The translations under genes and the position numbers were made by a program. From Octopus sinensis (lineage: Eukaryota), in the NCBI RefSeq assembly GCF_006345805.1, contig NC_043011.1, positions 61,764,464 to 61,828,463 of the forward strand: a stretch of 64,000 nt of DNA, read 5' to 3'. The notes under the pieces are model-generated. The model saw only the letters and a list, made by a program, of their open reading frames with translations, was not told the origin of the DNA and did not search any database. Position 1 is the first letter of the stretch. Each line of letters begins with the position of its first letter. This document shows positions 1 through 12,250 of the stretch, in pieces.

Positions 1-155
<155 letters not shown>

Positions 156-582
156 AGTTTCTTTATTGGCCACACAGGGCTGCACACAGATGGGACAAAT
201 TACAAGGTAGTGCTTTTCTTTTGGGGGAGAAAAAAAAGGTGGCGTAGGTTTTCGATCAAAAGGGATCGTAAAAGGGAAAAAAGAACAAAAAAAAAAGAAA
301 AAAAGAAAAAAGGAAAAAGGGAAAAGAAAAAAGGGGAAAAAAGAAAAGGAAAATGAAAAAAGAAGAAAAAAGAGGAAAAAAGGAGGAGAGGAAAAGGAAA
401 AAAACGATCAATAGGGATCGTGTATCACAGTGTCATGATGTACGGTATAAAGGGGAAAGCAAGTAAGGTTTATCCGTGGGAAGAAAAGCCTACGAAAAAG
501 ACCACGGTAACCTTGGTCAATATTGTTATATGTTACCGCATTTGTTTGCGAGTGGGTAACCCTCTGTTTTCAATTTCTGGGT

Positions 583-3500
583 TCATAGGATTATGCTCAA
601 GGTGGCTTCGTCATTCATACGTGCCATCCTTGCTACATTCACCCATCTTTTTTTTAAACGTTCGCTAGACAAAACTTGCTTCTCTACTCTCACTTTCCTT
701 TTCAAGTGGTACTTGAAGAAGTTGATGAGAGATTGACCAGAGAGGAAAGTGTTTGTCTCCAATCCTTTCAGACGCGTCCACCAGATACATTCTTTCGCCA
801 TAGCCACAAGGATGATGAAAATAGCTCTTCCTTCCCGTTTGAAGGAAGGAGGCGTGACAATATTGACGATAGACGCAGCTGATAAACCGACTCGTCCCAC
901 ACGTGATAGCAGTTGTTCGACATAAGCCCACAGGCCGGAAATTGTTGGACACTGCACGAGTGCGTGCAGAACGTTTTCGTCGCTCTGACCGCATCTCGGG
1001 CAGGTCGGCCCCATGTTTCTCGAGCCGTGTCTGTAGAGCTTATCCCGAACGGGTAGCGCTTCTCGGTAGCATTGCCAGGCCAGGGATCTCTGGAAGTTGT
1101 CCATGGGCCCTGGCCCGAAAGTCGTCCCGAACAGGCGGGTCAGGTATTCCTCGTCGACGTCCAGGTTCGCCCCGAGCTCGTCGTCGTACCTCCCCTCCAC
1201 TAATCCCCTATAGAATGCTTTGGTTGTGATGAAGTCACTCAAGGTTGACACAGGACGGCAGAGTTGCTTGAGAGCAACGTGACACTCGCGGTGCCATTCG
1301 CCCTTCCTCGGCCTCTTTTTGATCCACGATTGCAGTTCGGTCATGGAGACGAGCTGCGGGAAAGCGTGCCTCACAAACGGTGACTTCACCTGTTCACCGT
1401 CGTCTATGAAGAGCCTGAGATGTCGCAGTCTCAGCGCGTGTCTGCGCATCATCAACCACGGCATGCCCAGTCCTCCTTTTAACGGGTGTTGACAGCAAAT
1501 GGATCGCCTGACCATCGGGACGCATCCTTTCCACAAGAAGCAAAAGAGAATGCGTTCTAGTTTGGTGATGGTAGGGCCGGGACAAGGCACGACAGTCAGG
1601 CGGTAGTAGATGACGGACGAGATGTACGTGTTCGCCACCTCCGCCCGACCTTTTAGGGACCTTTTAGGGACATTGCCGGGCGAGAGTGACCACCCTACTC
1701 GTTATCTCGTTCCAGTTCTTCTCCATTTAGAGGTCCGGACCGAACCAGACCCCGAGCAACTCGACCGGACCGTCGGTCCAGCGTCCCACGACGGAGGCGC
1801 TGGTTGACGGCATGGGCTTGCTTCTCCAGGTGCCTAGTCGCAAGCCCACTGACTTTTCCCGGTTGATTTTTGCTCCTGTCACCGGTTCGTAGTTTTTCAG
1901 TGTCTCGCCGACCTGCTCGATGTGCTCGTGGCTAGACACTATGACGGTGACGTCGTCCACGTATGCAGACACGCTCGTCCCGCATCCCAGTTTTCGCGGG
2001 ATGCCTCTCAAAGTTGCCAGCTTCCACAATAGTGGCTCGAGAGTCAATACGTATAGAAGCGACGAGAGGGGACATCCCTGAGGAACCGAACGTGCGATGT
2101 CGAAAGGTCTCGATAGATGTCCATTTACGTGAACTACCGAACAGATACCTCTGTACAAAGCGGCTATACAGCCGCGGAAGACTGGACCGAAGCCAGCCGC
2201 TCTGAGGACTGCCTCCAAGTATTGATGGTCTACCCAATCGAAAGCTTTCCATTGATCCAAATTGATCAGCGCCCCACCCATGCCAGGTTCTTTAACTACC
2301 CTGTCTATGATGTAGCGCATCAGGTGGAGGTTGTCATGGATGGTCCGGCCCGGCACGGCGCACGTTTGCGCCTTGTCGACCAGTTTCTCGATGACAGGCG
2401 CCAACCTCTTGGCTAACACCTTGGCCAAAATTTTCAAGTCTGCATTAAGCAGAGTGATGGGCCTAACGTTATCTATTACATTTCCCTTGTTTAGATCTTT
2501 TCTCAGCAGTGTTACGGCTCCTCGGCTCACAAAACCAGGAATGCTCCCGTTTTGCTGCCAGTTGCAGTACACCGCTGTCAAGTCGTCTCCAAACAAGTCT
2601 GGCATACAACTGTAAAGCTCGTAGGGTAGACCATCCAAACCCGGCGATTTGTCCCTCGAGCATTCTGCCATCGTGTCCTGCACGTCCGCCGCCGTGATGG
2701 CACCTTCGCAGCACCCTGCCTCTCTTGTCGAGAGTCGTGGTAGGCTGTGTAAGTAGGCACTGAAGTCTACCCTACGTTCTTGCCCGCCACTCGTCCCGAA
2801 CAGTCGGGCAAAATGCTGTTGAAAGGCCTCACATATTTTACTTGGCTCGATCAATTCGCGCCCCTGTTCATCTACCAGAGACCGAATGGTGGCTTTGTTG
2901 CCCTGTTGCGCCTCTGCCACCCGGGCCTCTCTCGCGGCTCCAACACCTTCGTTCCTTAGAGCACGCATCCTAGCTCTGACAGCACATCCTTCGTGTTTGG
3001 CGTTGAAGTGATGGTCGAGGGCCAACCTCTCTGCCAAAACGTCGGATGCGATGCCGCTTCTAATTGCCTCTTCTAGCTTCTTGACTAGCTCACCCTCTAC
3101 TTTATTTCTATCTATGGCTAGTGCTTTGCTGTACCTAATCGCTTCTGCTTTTACTGCTTTCTTGAGGGCAAACCACCATTTGTTGTTGATGATAGCTCCC
3201 AGAAAAGCCCTCTTTATTAGTGTGATAATCCGGTCTCTGAAAACCTGTCTCGATGGGAAATACGCGTTTAGTTTCCAGTATCCGGGACCCTGTCTAAGTG
3301 TCTTACCTAAGTCTAGCGTACATGTCACAAGTTTGTGATCCGTGTAGCTGAGCTGACTATGTGGAATTGTGGACATCCTATGCTATCTCTATCTACTGTC
3401 CTACACAGTATCCTATCTAGATACGATCTCGACGACCCGATGCGGTTGCTCCATGTCCACGTTGGCGCATTCGGGTGGTCTAGTCGGAACCTGTCAGACA

Positions 3501-4020
3501 GTTGAAAGCGTCTGAGCAGGTCTCTCAGGCATTTTCATCCCCGTCTATTCCTATCTCTACCCACGTAGTCTACATGCGTGTCCAAGGTAGCATTCCAATC
3601 CCCCAATAAGAGTAAAGGACGAGACGTTCCCAAGTATACTTCTAGACATTGAAATAAATCCACCCGACCTGTTAAGGGCGATGCATAGACTGATACGAGT
3701 CGAAAAGCGCACCCATTGCTGCCGTCGACATCCAGGACGACCAGTCTACCCTCCGGGTCTACGAATATTGTCTTTACTTTGAGATCCAGACTCTTGCGAA
3801 AAAGTACCGCGGTGCCACTACCGCCCATTCTTGGCAGACAGGGGGAAAAATAAATGTTGAACTGTCCGCCAAACATGGTCTTTAGGGCCCGCGGATTGTG
3901 GAGTCTGGTCTCACTTATGGCTATGATTTCTAACTTATGTGACTTTATGTCATTTAAGAGGTACCCTTGTTTCCAATGGGGCCCCAAGCCACGCGCATTT
4001 ACACAACCAATCTTGATCAT
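583..4020 (-). pseudogene. Retrotransposon ORF2 (endonuclease-RT-zinc finger), frameshifted into three ORFs
   Basis: 3535-4020 is an APE-like endonuclease (NARGL, ISET, LLGDWNA). 1727-3376 is the RT (KSPGLDGLP, RPITLLNADLKILAK, QGCPLS, YVDD). 583-1638 is the C-terminus with CPRC...H...C. Confidence 0.9.
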
Positions 4021-4064
4021 AATCCTAATGAATTAGAATACAAGTGAAAGGAACAGAGGGTTAC

Positions 4065-5990
4065 TTACTGCTCGAAAGTTTTTGCTTTCTCCTCCTTTGG
4101 TTTGTCCTCAAGGAGATCCCAGTACAGTTTCTTTGTGAGATATTTTTGGCATTTACCAACCGCACTGGGGAAAATGCTTTTGAGTGTGTGGTGCTGACTT
4201 TTGGAGATGTGTAATATTTTGATGTGGTCTGGTGGTGTTGTGTATGGGTGATTGTTTGTTTTTATGTCATCTGTTATGTTTGTTTTTGATTTGATGTATT
4301 TCATCAAATTTATGTTTTTGGTGTCTATAGCTGTGAGCATGTTTGCTGTATATATTTTTGTGGTGTTGTTTGTGTTGGGTTTTGAAATGACTTCGGGAGA
4401 TGTATTTCCCCCTGCTTTGTTTGTGTTTGCATTTGGTTTGGTTGTGTTTCTGCTCTTTATTTTCCTTCTTTTTGTAGCTATTTGCCATTCCTCACTGGTT
4501 TCATCTTCCGACGAAATTTCTGCGGAATCAGTAGGGGGTAGGGGTATTTTGTAGGCTTCTATGTATGTCTGTGTAAGTGGTTGTGCTGTTGTTTTCGTTG
4601 CTGTTGGTTGTTGAGTGTTTGTGTGTGGTGAGTGCGGTATAAGGGATGGGGAATCAGTTTTTGTGTATTTTCTTTGTTTTTCTGTTCCTTTGGTTCTTGC
4701 TGTTGTTGGTGGTGTTGGTATTTTCTCAGGTGTTGAGTAATTTTTGGTTGTTGACGGATTAGCTTGGTGTGCTTCTCTTGTCGTCTTCTGTGTTGATGGT
4801 GGTGTGGGTAGTAGAGCTTTTTTTCCGGAGTGTTTTGGTTGTGGTAGTGGTTGTTGTTGTTGCTCTTGGTGTGCAGTGGTTGGGCACGTCTTTTTCAAGT
4901 GTGTTTCTCTTCCACACAAATAGCAGCGTGGTCGCCTGCCCTCTACCACTATATAAAGTTTGTAGCCTTCTGGCAGTTCTATAGTGGTAGGTATCTTTTC
5001 TCTTGCTGTTTCATCAAGTTGAAGAAGGAATTGGATTGAATTTCCCACATAGTCTTTCTCTCTTAGAACAGCGATTTCAAGGATGTTTGTCTCTGCCATT
5101 GTCTCTACCATTTCAAAGCAGATGGCAGAGACTAACCATTGTGTTTCGACTTCAGGGGTTACATTTTTTATTTGGACTTTCGTGACTCTCTGGTTTAAAT
5201 AGATTGGTATCATTGTCAAATCGTTTGAATGTAGCTCCAATGTGGAAAATCGTTTTGATAAATTTTCGTTGAGGAAACGTACTTGGACTGTACCAAATTT
5301 ATTTCCCCAACTGATATACTCCTTCGAGTCCCATGCAGGACGAAGGAATTTTTCAATTTTTCCTGCGGTGCATTTTCTGGTCGTCTTGTTTTCTTGTTTA
5401 TTACTTTGTAGATTATTGTTTTTTTTGTGTGTGTTTTCCACGATGTGTTGTGGAATGTGAAGATGCAATTTGTCTCCTTCTTTGGTGAAGAGTGCTTTTG
5501 TGAGGTTTATTTCCTCTGTGGTGAATTTTACGATTGTTCGTTTTTGTTTTGTCACATCCGCGAAATTCGTTTTAATTTTGGCGGTGTTAGCAGCAGAAGG
5601 GTTAGTTGTAGCAGTTGAAGTCGTGATAGTGGTGTTGGTGTTGGCGGTGTTGTCTTTGGTAGGCGGCTTTGTGCCGATTTCGTTGTTGTTGGTGGTGATG
5701 GTGGTGGTGCTGGCATTAATGTTTTCGTCTGTATTCGTTTTTGAAATCCCTTTCTCCGTCCTTTTATCATCGACAAGTGGTGTAGGGAGTGGGGGGAAAT
5801 CTAAGTTAATGTCTTTGGTCGCGGCGACGGTGAATGGTCTTGCGACGTTAGTTTTGTTGTTGTTGGTGGTGGTGGTGGTGACAGCGGTGTTCAAGCTGTA
5901 AGGTTTAGCAGCTAGTGGTAGCAATAGTGTTTCCCTACCGTTCCGCATGACTGGCGGGCTAGTCACGTGGTTTCTAGTTGCCATTTTCAA
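4065..5990 (-). CDS. Retrotransposon ORF1 (gag-like, 641 aa), intact
   Basis: Open 641-aa ORF with Thr/Asn-rich low-complexity flanks and a zinc knuckle CYLCGRETHLKKTC (CX2CX4HX4C), directly upstream of ORF2. Confidence 0.88.
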   Translation of the reverse strand: MKMATRNHVTSPPVMRNGRETLLLPLAAKPYSLNTAVTTTTTNNNKTNVARPFTVAATKDINLDFPPLPTPLVDDKRTEKGISKTNTDENINASTTTITTNNNEIGTKPPTKDNTANTNTTITTSTATTNPSAANTAKIKTNFADVTKQKRTIVKFTTEEINLTKALFTKEGDKLHLHIPQHIVENTHKKNNNLQSNKQENKTTRKCTAGKIEKFLRPAWDSKEYISWGNKFGTVQVRFLNENLSKRFSTLELHSNDLTMIPIYLNQRVTKVQIKNVTPEVETQWLVSAICFEMVETMAETNILEIAVLREKDYVGNSIQFLLQLDETAREKIPTTIELPEGYKLYIVVEGRRPRCYLCGRETHLKKTCPTTAHQEQQQQPLPQPKHSGKKALLPTPPSTQKTTREAHQANPSTTKNYSTPEKIPTPPTTARTKGTEKQRKYTKTDSPSLIPHSPHTNTQQPTATKTTAQPLTQTYIEAYKIPLPPTDSAEISSEDETSEEWQIATKRRKIKSRNTTKPNANTNKAGGNTSPEVISKPNTNNTTKIYTANMLTAIDTKNINLMKYIKSKTNITDDIKTNNHPYTTPPDHIKILHISKSQHHTLKSIFPSAVGKCQKYLTKKLYWDLLEDKPKEEKAKTFEQ

Positions 5991-6206
5991 AATGAAAAAT
6001 GGCTAAAAGGAACCCACGAAAGTTTTGAAAGTTTTGGATAATTTCGCCCATACAGGGGCGGAATTCTACGTGAATAATTCTCAGATTTTTTAGTGAATTA
6101 ACTTGCACAACGATTAAAACAAAATATTTGACAACAAGGAGTTTTAAACATGTAAAAGAGGCCAACTTACGTGGAGCTGATTTGACTAGCGTCCGTCCAT
6201 GTCGCG

Positions 6207-6287
<81 letters not shown>

Positions 6288-6305
6288 CAAATAGATAGAT
6301 AGATA
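6207..6305. repeat. (AGAT)n microsatellite at the 5' junction of the Tx1-like element
   Basis: Direct reading. Confidence 0.97.
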
Positions 6306-6470
6306 GAACACTATGTATGTAATATACATATTCATTGCATATACTGTACGACGTTTATTAGTTTCTCATCAAACAATAAGAAGCATTACGTTGAATAATA
6401 ATAAAAAACCTGCAGAAGTTCAAATAATAAACACTACAGTGATAAACAAACTATAATAAGCACTCGAAAG

Positions 6471-6525
<55 letters not shown>

Positions 6526-6600
6526 TGTATGTATATATACATATATATATTTATGTATATATCTATGTATATGTATATAAATATATATGTATATATGTAA

Positions 6601-6641
<41 letters not shown>

Positions 6642-6728
6642 TAAATAAATATATTTATATATATATATATACATATATGTATTTATGTATATATATATCT
6701 GTGTGTATATTATGTATTTGTATATATG

Positions 6729-6761
<33 letters not shown>

Positions 6762-6783
6762 ATGTGTGTTTGTGTGTATGTGT

Positions 6784-6840
<57 letters not shown>

Positions 6841-6964
6841 TGTGCTTCTGCGTCTATTGTCGTGCATATTTCAGTCGACACTCCATAGAAAATGTTGGAT
6901 TTTCAAAAATTAATGTTTGATAAGCAATACCATATTTAAATAGATTGAGTTATTATCTACTTAC

Positions 6965-7006
6965 CCGGATTATATTTCGACCCACGACATATCTGAAGTC
7001 CAAAGA
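6965..7006 (-). CDS. Secreted Cys-rich protein family, copy A, exon 2 (VFGLQICRGSKYNP; phase 1-1)
   Basis: ctacttatttcag|42 nt|gtaagtag on the minus strand; homologous to 21383-21439 and 46104-46142. Confidence 0.75.
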
Positions 7007-7551
7007 CTGAAATAAGTAGAAGAATATAAATAGAGAATGTTGAAAAAGTTCGAGAAATATAACAGGTCGTAATGATGAAAATTTAATCTGCAACTTGACA
7101 AATGTGTATCATACAAAATTTATACAACTTATACATATCGTTTGAAAACATGAGTCTGTAGAATTGGATGAGTGTTTAAAAGGCAATATGTTTCTAAGCT
7201 AAAAGAACGTCATCCCAGCAGTGAGTCATGAGAATATTAGATCTATTTCGCCCTTCACGAGGCTTGTCATGAACGTGCAGCCTTCTCCAACGAATTTCTT
7301 TTCTCGATATATAAGCAATCACGAATAATTGTCTCACCGGTATCGGTGGGTAAAAGCCGAACGGGGAGATTGTGGGGCAGGCGATTGAACCAGTATTAAA
7401 TTCAAGCAGAGACTTTTACGCTCAACCAAGAATTCGCTCTGCAAAAACTTGTTTAAATATAAAGCTTGAAAGGCTTGGAATATGTGTGCTGCGTACACAT
7501 ACACACAACCGAAGAACACGCGCGGAAGCTAATGCACACACGTATGTATAT

Positions 7552-7583
<32 letters not shown>

Positions 7584-7799
7584 AAAGCAATAAAGATTCA
7601 AGTTAATTTATATGAATTTACTTGAATATGGTACCTAACTTAGATGCACCAAAAAAAACTATACTGTTTTAACAATACAGTAATGTGGGGTGATTATAAG
7701 CGAGAAAGAAGCAACAAGAATGGATAGGTTTTTAGTACAATCGTTTCATACAAGGACAGGCTTTATTAAAAGTTGTAAAAATTACAGCATATAAACGTG

Positions 7800-7842
<43 letters not shown>

Positions 7843-8035
7843 GCATATGTATATAATTATGGATGTGTGTAGAATTGTTTGTGTGTGTTTGTAGAATGTT
7901 TGTGTGTGTGTGTGTGAATATATACATATACACACATAATTTGTAATCTCGCAAAACATAAGCTGGTTTATAAAGTCACCTTCCTGGTACATGAGAAAAT
8001 ACAAACCTAAAATCGGGAAGAAGGTTGATGCAAAA

Positions 8036-8400
8036 TTGAAAGTTGATTAAACGGTAAAGAAAGAAAATTAGGATTACATCGTGTTTCCCAGTAGAAGGCA
8101 TAAACAAACTAGTTGTCGTAGAGGAATCCAACAGAGACGGGTGCTAATTTTGCCATACAATTTCTCAATCGGATGAGAGTGGTAGACTCCAGTTTCCCAA
8201 AAACAAATTTGACCATCTGCTTGCATTTGCTGAAAATTTCGATTCTGGAATCAAGTAGAGTGGTGGAATCTTTGTACGGTCATTCTGCTACGCAAAAGTT
8301 ACGTTACTTTAATCCATTTACATATGGCATGGGTTTCTCTACGATTCTCCACTTGATTGTATGCGGTGTACAGTTGGGCTTCAAAACATCATACCTGACT
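8036..8400 (-). mobile_element. Penelope-like GIY-YIG C-terminal relic in intron 1 of copy A
   Basis: Translates, with stops and shifts, to ...TIKWRIVEKPMPYVNGLK...SRIEIFSKCKQMVKF, resembling PLE endonuclease ends; paralog at 19200-19580. Confidence 0.6.
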
Positions 8401-8460
8401 CGCTAACTTAGTGACTATACATTCGTGAGTGTGTGTGTGTATGTGTGTGTGTGTGTGTGT

Positions 8461-8506
<46 letters not shown>

Positions 8507-8586
8507 TGTAGATTAGATGGTTTCCATAAATTAAATAGGAGTATTTATGAAGATAAAAAGAACACATTTGTCTTGTAACTACTTAC

Positions 8587-8620
8587 CGAAAATGAGGAGA
8601 AAACACAGACAATATTTCAT
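8587..8620 (-). CDS. Secreted Cys-rich protein family, copy A, exon 1 (MKYCLCFLLIF, phase 1)
   Basis: ATG, a hydrophobic run and a GTAAGT donor; TATA box 62-69 nt upstream of the ATG; three further paralogous exons in the window. Confidence 0.78.
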
Positions 8621-8681
8621 CGTGGATTTTCTTTTTCCATGACTGTCCGATCATGAAATGTTCCCTCACTTGTCTCCATTT

Positions 8682-8711
8682 CTTTTATATTCAGAAATGA
8701 TGTAACAGCTG
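8682..8711 (-). promoter_or_regulatory. Copy A promoter module: CAGCTG E-box + TTACATCA + TATAAAAG
   Basis: Same order and spacing in copies B, D and, degenerate, E. Confidence 0.65.
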
Positions 8712-9439
8712 TTTCTCCTCACTGAAGCCAGCTTATATTTGCCCCATACGGTTTTCTCTAATATTTTTTTATGATTCCGTTAATGGTTTTCACGAAGTGA
8801 AATGTTGAAATATAACATATATATATATATGTATATATATGTATATATATGTGTGTGCGTGTGAGCGCACTGTGTGTGTAGTTGTGTATACATACATGTA
8901 TGGATTTATGTGCGTATAAACAATAGACAGATTTCTTTCAGACGATTTTCTTGCTGATAAACAAAGGAGAAAATGTACTACTTGGAATTCTCCAAAAAGA
9001 AACAGTGCAAAATGAACCGAATCAACCATGCTACAGCTGGGCTGTGAAATAGGGACCAGAATAAGAAAGGGACCAGAATAAGAAAGAAAGGGCAGAAGAA
9101 GAATGGTGGAGATGGCCAGAGAAAACAAGGAGCGATACATTGCCCCATCATTAAAAGATAAAGTAAGGATTGTAAATAAAATTTGCGTTGTATGTTATGA
9201 AGAACATTTGACTTTAAGGCTGAAAACAAAAGGAATAAAAGAGAGGACAAGAAGGAAATAAGCATACACACATATAAACATGTATACACAATTATATATC
9301 CACACATACATATACATACACACAAACACACACACACACATACGTATATATATAGACACATATACACATTTGTACATATGTAGCTCCATACTTGCATATA
9401 TCGCTTTCACATTTAAGTATACATAAAAAATTACACACG

Positions 9440-9957
9440 GCAAAAATTTTTGAAAGATTTACGGGTAAAAATTCGAAAAATTTTGGAGAAAATTTCCGGG
9501 TAAAATTTTCGAAAAGTTTTTGGGGAAAATTTTCGGTGAAAATTTTCGAAAAATTGTTGGTGAAAATTTTTGGGAAAATTTTCGAAAAATTTTTCGGGAA
9601 AATTTTTGAGTAAAATTTTCGAAAAAGTTTTGGAGAAAATTTTCGGTGAAAACTTTCGAAAACTTTTTGGAGAAAATTTTCCCCAAAAATTTTCGAAAAA
9701 TTTTCGGGTAAAATTTTCGGTGAAAATTTTCGAAAATTTTCACCGAAAATTTTGACCAAATTTTCGAAAAATTTTTGGGTAAAATTTTCGGCAAAAGTTT
9801 TCGAAAAATTGTTGGTGAAAGTTTTCGGAGAAAATTTTCGAAAAATTTTTGGGTAAAATTTTCGGTGAAAATTTTCGAAAAATGTTTGGGTAAAATTTTC
9901 GAAAAATTTTTGGTGAAAATTTTCGGTGAAAATTTTCGAAAAACTTTGGGGGAAAAT
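9440..9957. repeat. Self-complementary minisatellite built from about 12-bp AAAATTTT(C/T)G(A/G)N units
   Basis: Direct reading; recurrent AAAATTTT and TTCGAA palindromes. Confidence 0.9.
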
Positions 9958-10075
9958 CCACCTTTGTTGGCCCGAGGATATAGTAGAAGACACTTGCCCA
10001 AGGTGTCATGCAGTGGACTGAACCTGGAACCATGTGGTTGGTAAGCAACCTACTCACCACGGAGACACGCCTGCG
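9958..10075 (-). mobile_element. tRNA-derived SINE 5' fragment (family 1)
   Basis: Matches the heads of the copies at 29.3, 53.6 and 62.5 kb (GTAGAAGACACTTGCCCAAGG...GGTTGGTAAGCAA). Confidence 0.75.
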
Positions 10076-10487
10076 CCTATATGTATTATATAAAATCCTT
10101 TCTGTCTGTGTGAGTGTGTGTCTCCAAGGATCTCGGCCATCCTCCATCCGATTACGCTCAAATTTGATATGCAGATACCGACGGTATCAGGGCGTGTATA
10201 AGTCTTAAATAATTCCAAAAATCGATTCCAGGTGAGAATGCGATCGATAAAGCCGTAGGAACGTGCATTTGTACGCGCAAGTACATCAGCTGTTGCGATC
10301 GATACTACGCGTACGCGAGAAAAATGCACGGTGTCTCAAATTTAGATTAAATCAGTGTTTCTCAAAGGGGAGGCGTATGGGACGGTCGGACAAGCTTTGA
10401 GAAAATTTGGTTTAATTGTTTGACAACTCATCACCGTCCATTGGACGGGGAAGGGGAGTTTTGCTCGTATATATATATATAGTTATG

Positions 10488-10523
<36 letters not shown>

Positions 10524-11013
10524 AGTATGTATGTATATATTGAAATTATAATAAGGGTGTTGAATGTTTACAACACCAGTCTGCTAGAAATTGACTCCAC
10601 ATGGTCTATGAACCACTTAGATTATTACTCCACAAGCGAGGATTTATAAAATAATTTGGATAGTACCCTATCTATAGAATTCATAGTTTGTGTTATTAAA
10701 ACCCCTTTCCGACCATCACTGGCAACATAACGAACTTAAATAATACATTATACATGCCATAATTTCAGTATAAATTAACCATTGTGGTATTTTTAGTATG
10801 TTGGCCACTGATAAATCATTAAATAAGTACTTTATCCTAATTACGTATGTGTGTGTGTGTATGTATATATGTATACATGTATGTATATATATATACAGGC
10901 ATACACACACAAATACATAATATACATATATGTATGTGTGTATATATGTACACACACACTCACACACACACCCCATATAATATATATATTATATATATAT
11001 ATATATACACAAC

Positions 11014-11080
<67 letters not shown>

Positions 11081-11300
11081 CATATATGTGTATTTACGAG
11101 TAAGTTATAACTTTATTATATACGTATACATATATCGGATCTATTCCATCCCAATCACAGATTTTTTAAAATTAACTCTTTTATCTAAACAGTTGTAAAC
11201 TTCGAAAACTGATAGAATTTCTCGCGTAGAACACGGTCTACTCTTAACGTTTTTGACAAAATTTCGTATTTTTATTTGGGTAATTTCAACCAATCAATGA

Positions 11301-12250
11301 CATGTTCAGTGCTTGGGCCCTTGTTGTTCTTAGTCTTCATAAATGACTTGCCCGACGACCTCACGCAACACACCCTTCTATTTGCCGACGATATCAAACT
11401 GGTCGCTCCTCGCGGTAATATAGAGGATCTTCGTCGATGCCTCCACCAAATTTGGAAGTGGTCTAACGATTGGGACCTGTGTCTGAACGTGTCAAAGTGC
11501 TGTCATCTGCCTGTCGGCTCTTGATTTCGAGCCGGGTCGTCTGCTGCTGGAGAGGACAGATCAGGTAAAGGACCTGGGTATCTTGGTGGATTCCTCTTTT
11601 CGCCTTCGGCCCAGTGCGTCCATGCTGCCAACAAAGCACGCGGAATTCTGTTCTTGATTCGACGGTCATTCGGAATGCTCACAGCAGCCATATTCCTACC
11701 ACTCTATGTCACGCTGGTGAGACCCATATTGGAGTATGGGATTCAAGCCTCTTCTCCTTATCTCCTCAAAGACATACAGCATCTCGAAGGAGTCCAGAAG
11801 CTGGCTACCTGCATGGTTCATGGTCTCAAAAATTTGTCCTACGAAGAAAGGCTGAGGACGCTCGACCTTTATTCTCTTGAAAAACGCCGCCGCCGTGGTG
11901 ATCTCATTCTCGCCCACAACATCATAAGCGGAAAATGTAACCTCTCGAAAGAGCTGTTCTTCACTCCTGCTCCAGAGCGTCGGCTGCGGGGTCATTCCGA
12001 AAAGCTCTACCTGCGACGATTTCATCTCAATCGAAGGAGAGGAGCTTTCTCCGTCCGGGTTGCGGATCCGTTGAACAAGCTGCCAGACGAGATGGTGAAG
12101 ATGCCGACGACCGCTTTGTTCAAAGCCTCCCTGGACCTCAAGTGGCCTGAACTCTTTACATGAACACCACCCTGTACTTAACTCCATGTCCCCCTACATG
12201 GCCTTGCTATTTGCTTTTGAGCCAAATTAACTAACTAACTAACTAACTAA
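11301..12250 (+). mobile_element. 5'-truncated CR1-clade LINE (RT C-terminus, 3'UTR stem-loop, (TAAC)n tail)
   Basis: SVLGPLLFLVFINDLP...LFADDIKL and TLVRPILEYG...LYSLEKRRRRGDLI...LRGH motifs; hairpin CCATGT-cccct-ACATGG; TAAC tail; possible ACATGT target-site duplication. Confidence 0.88.

Larger units (their letters stand above)
156..6206 (-). mobile_element. Near full-length Tx1/L1-clade non-LTR retrotransposon (5'UTR-ORF1-ORF2-3'UTR) embedded in (GATA)n
   Basis: ORF1 has a CCHC knuckle. ORF2 has an APE endonuclease, RT and a zf-RVT-type C-terminus. An AATAAA lies at the extreme 3' end (plus-strand TTTATT at 162-167). GATA repeats abut both ends. Confidence 0.92.

Noticed and set aside
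8900-9260. Purine-rich block shared with 18290-18720 and 35560-35900 as a coding exon
   Set aside because: It lies upstream of the promoter, has stops or shifts in the paralogs, and shows no consistent splice sites; treated as duplicated upstream DNA.
9292-10147. Long 'FPKIFRKFSP' repeat ORFs
   Set aside because: Open in several frames on both strands because the A4T4 minisatellite lacks stops; not a gene.
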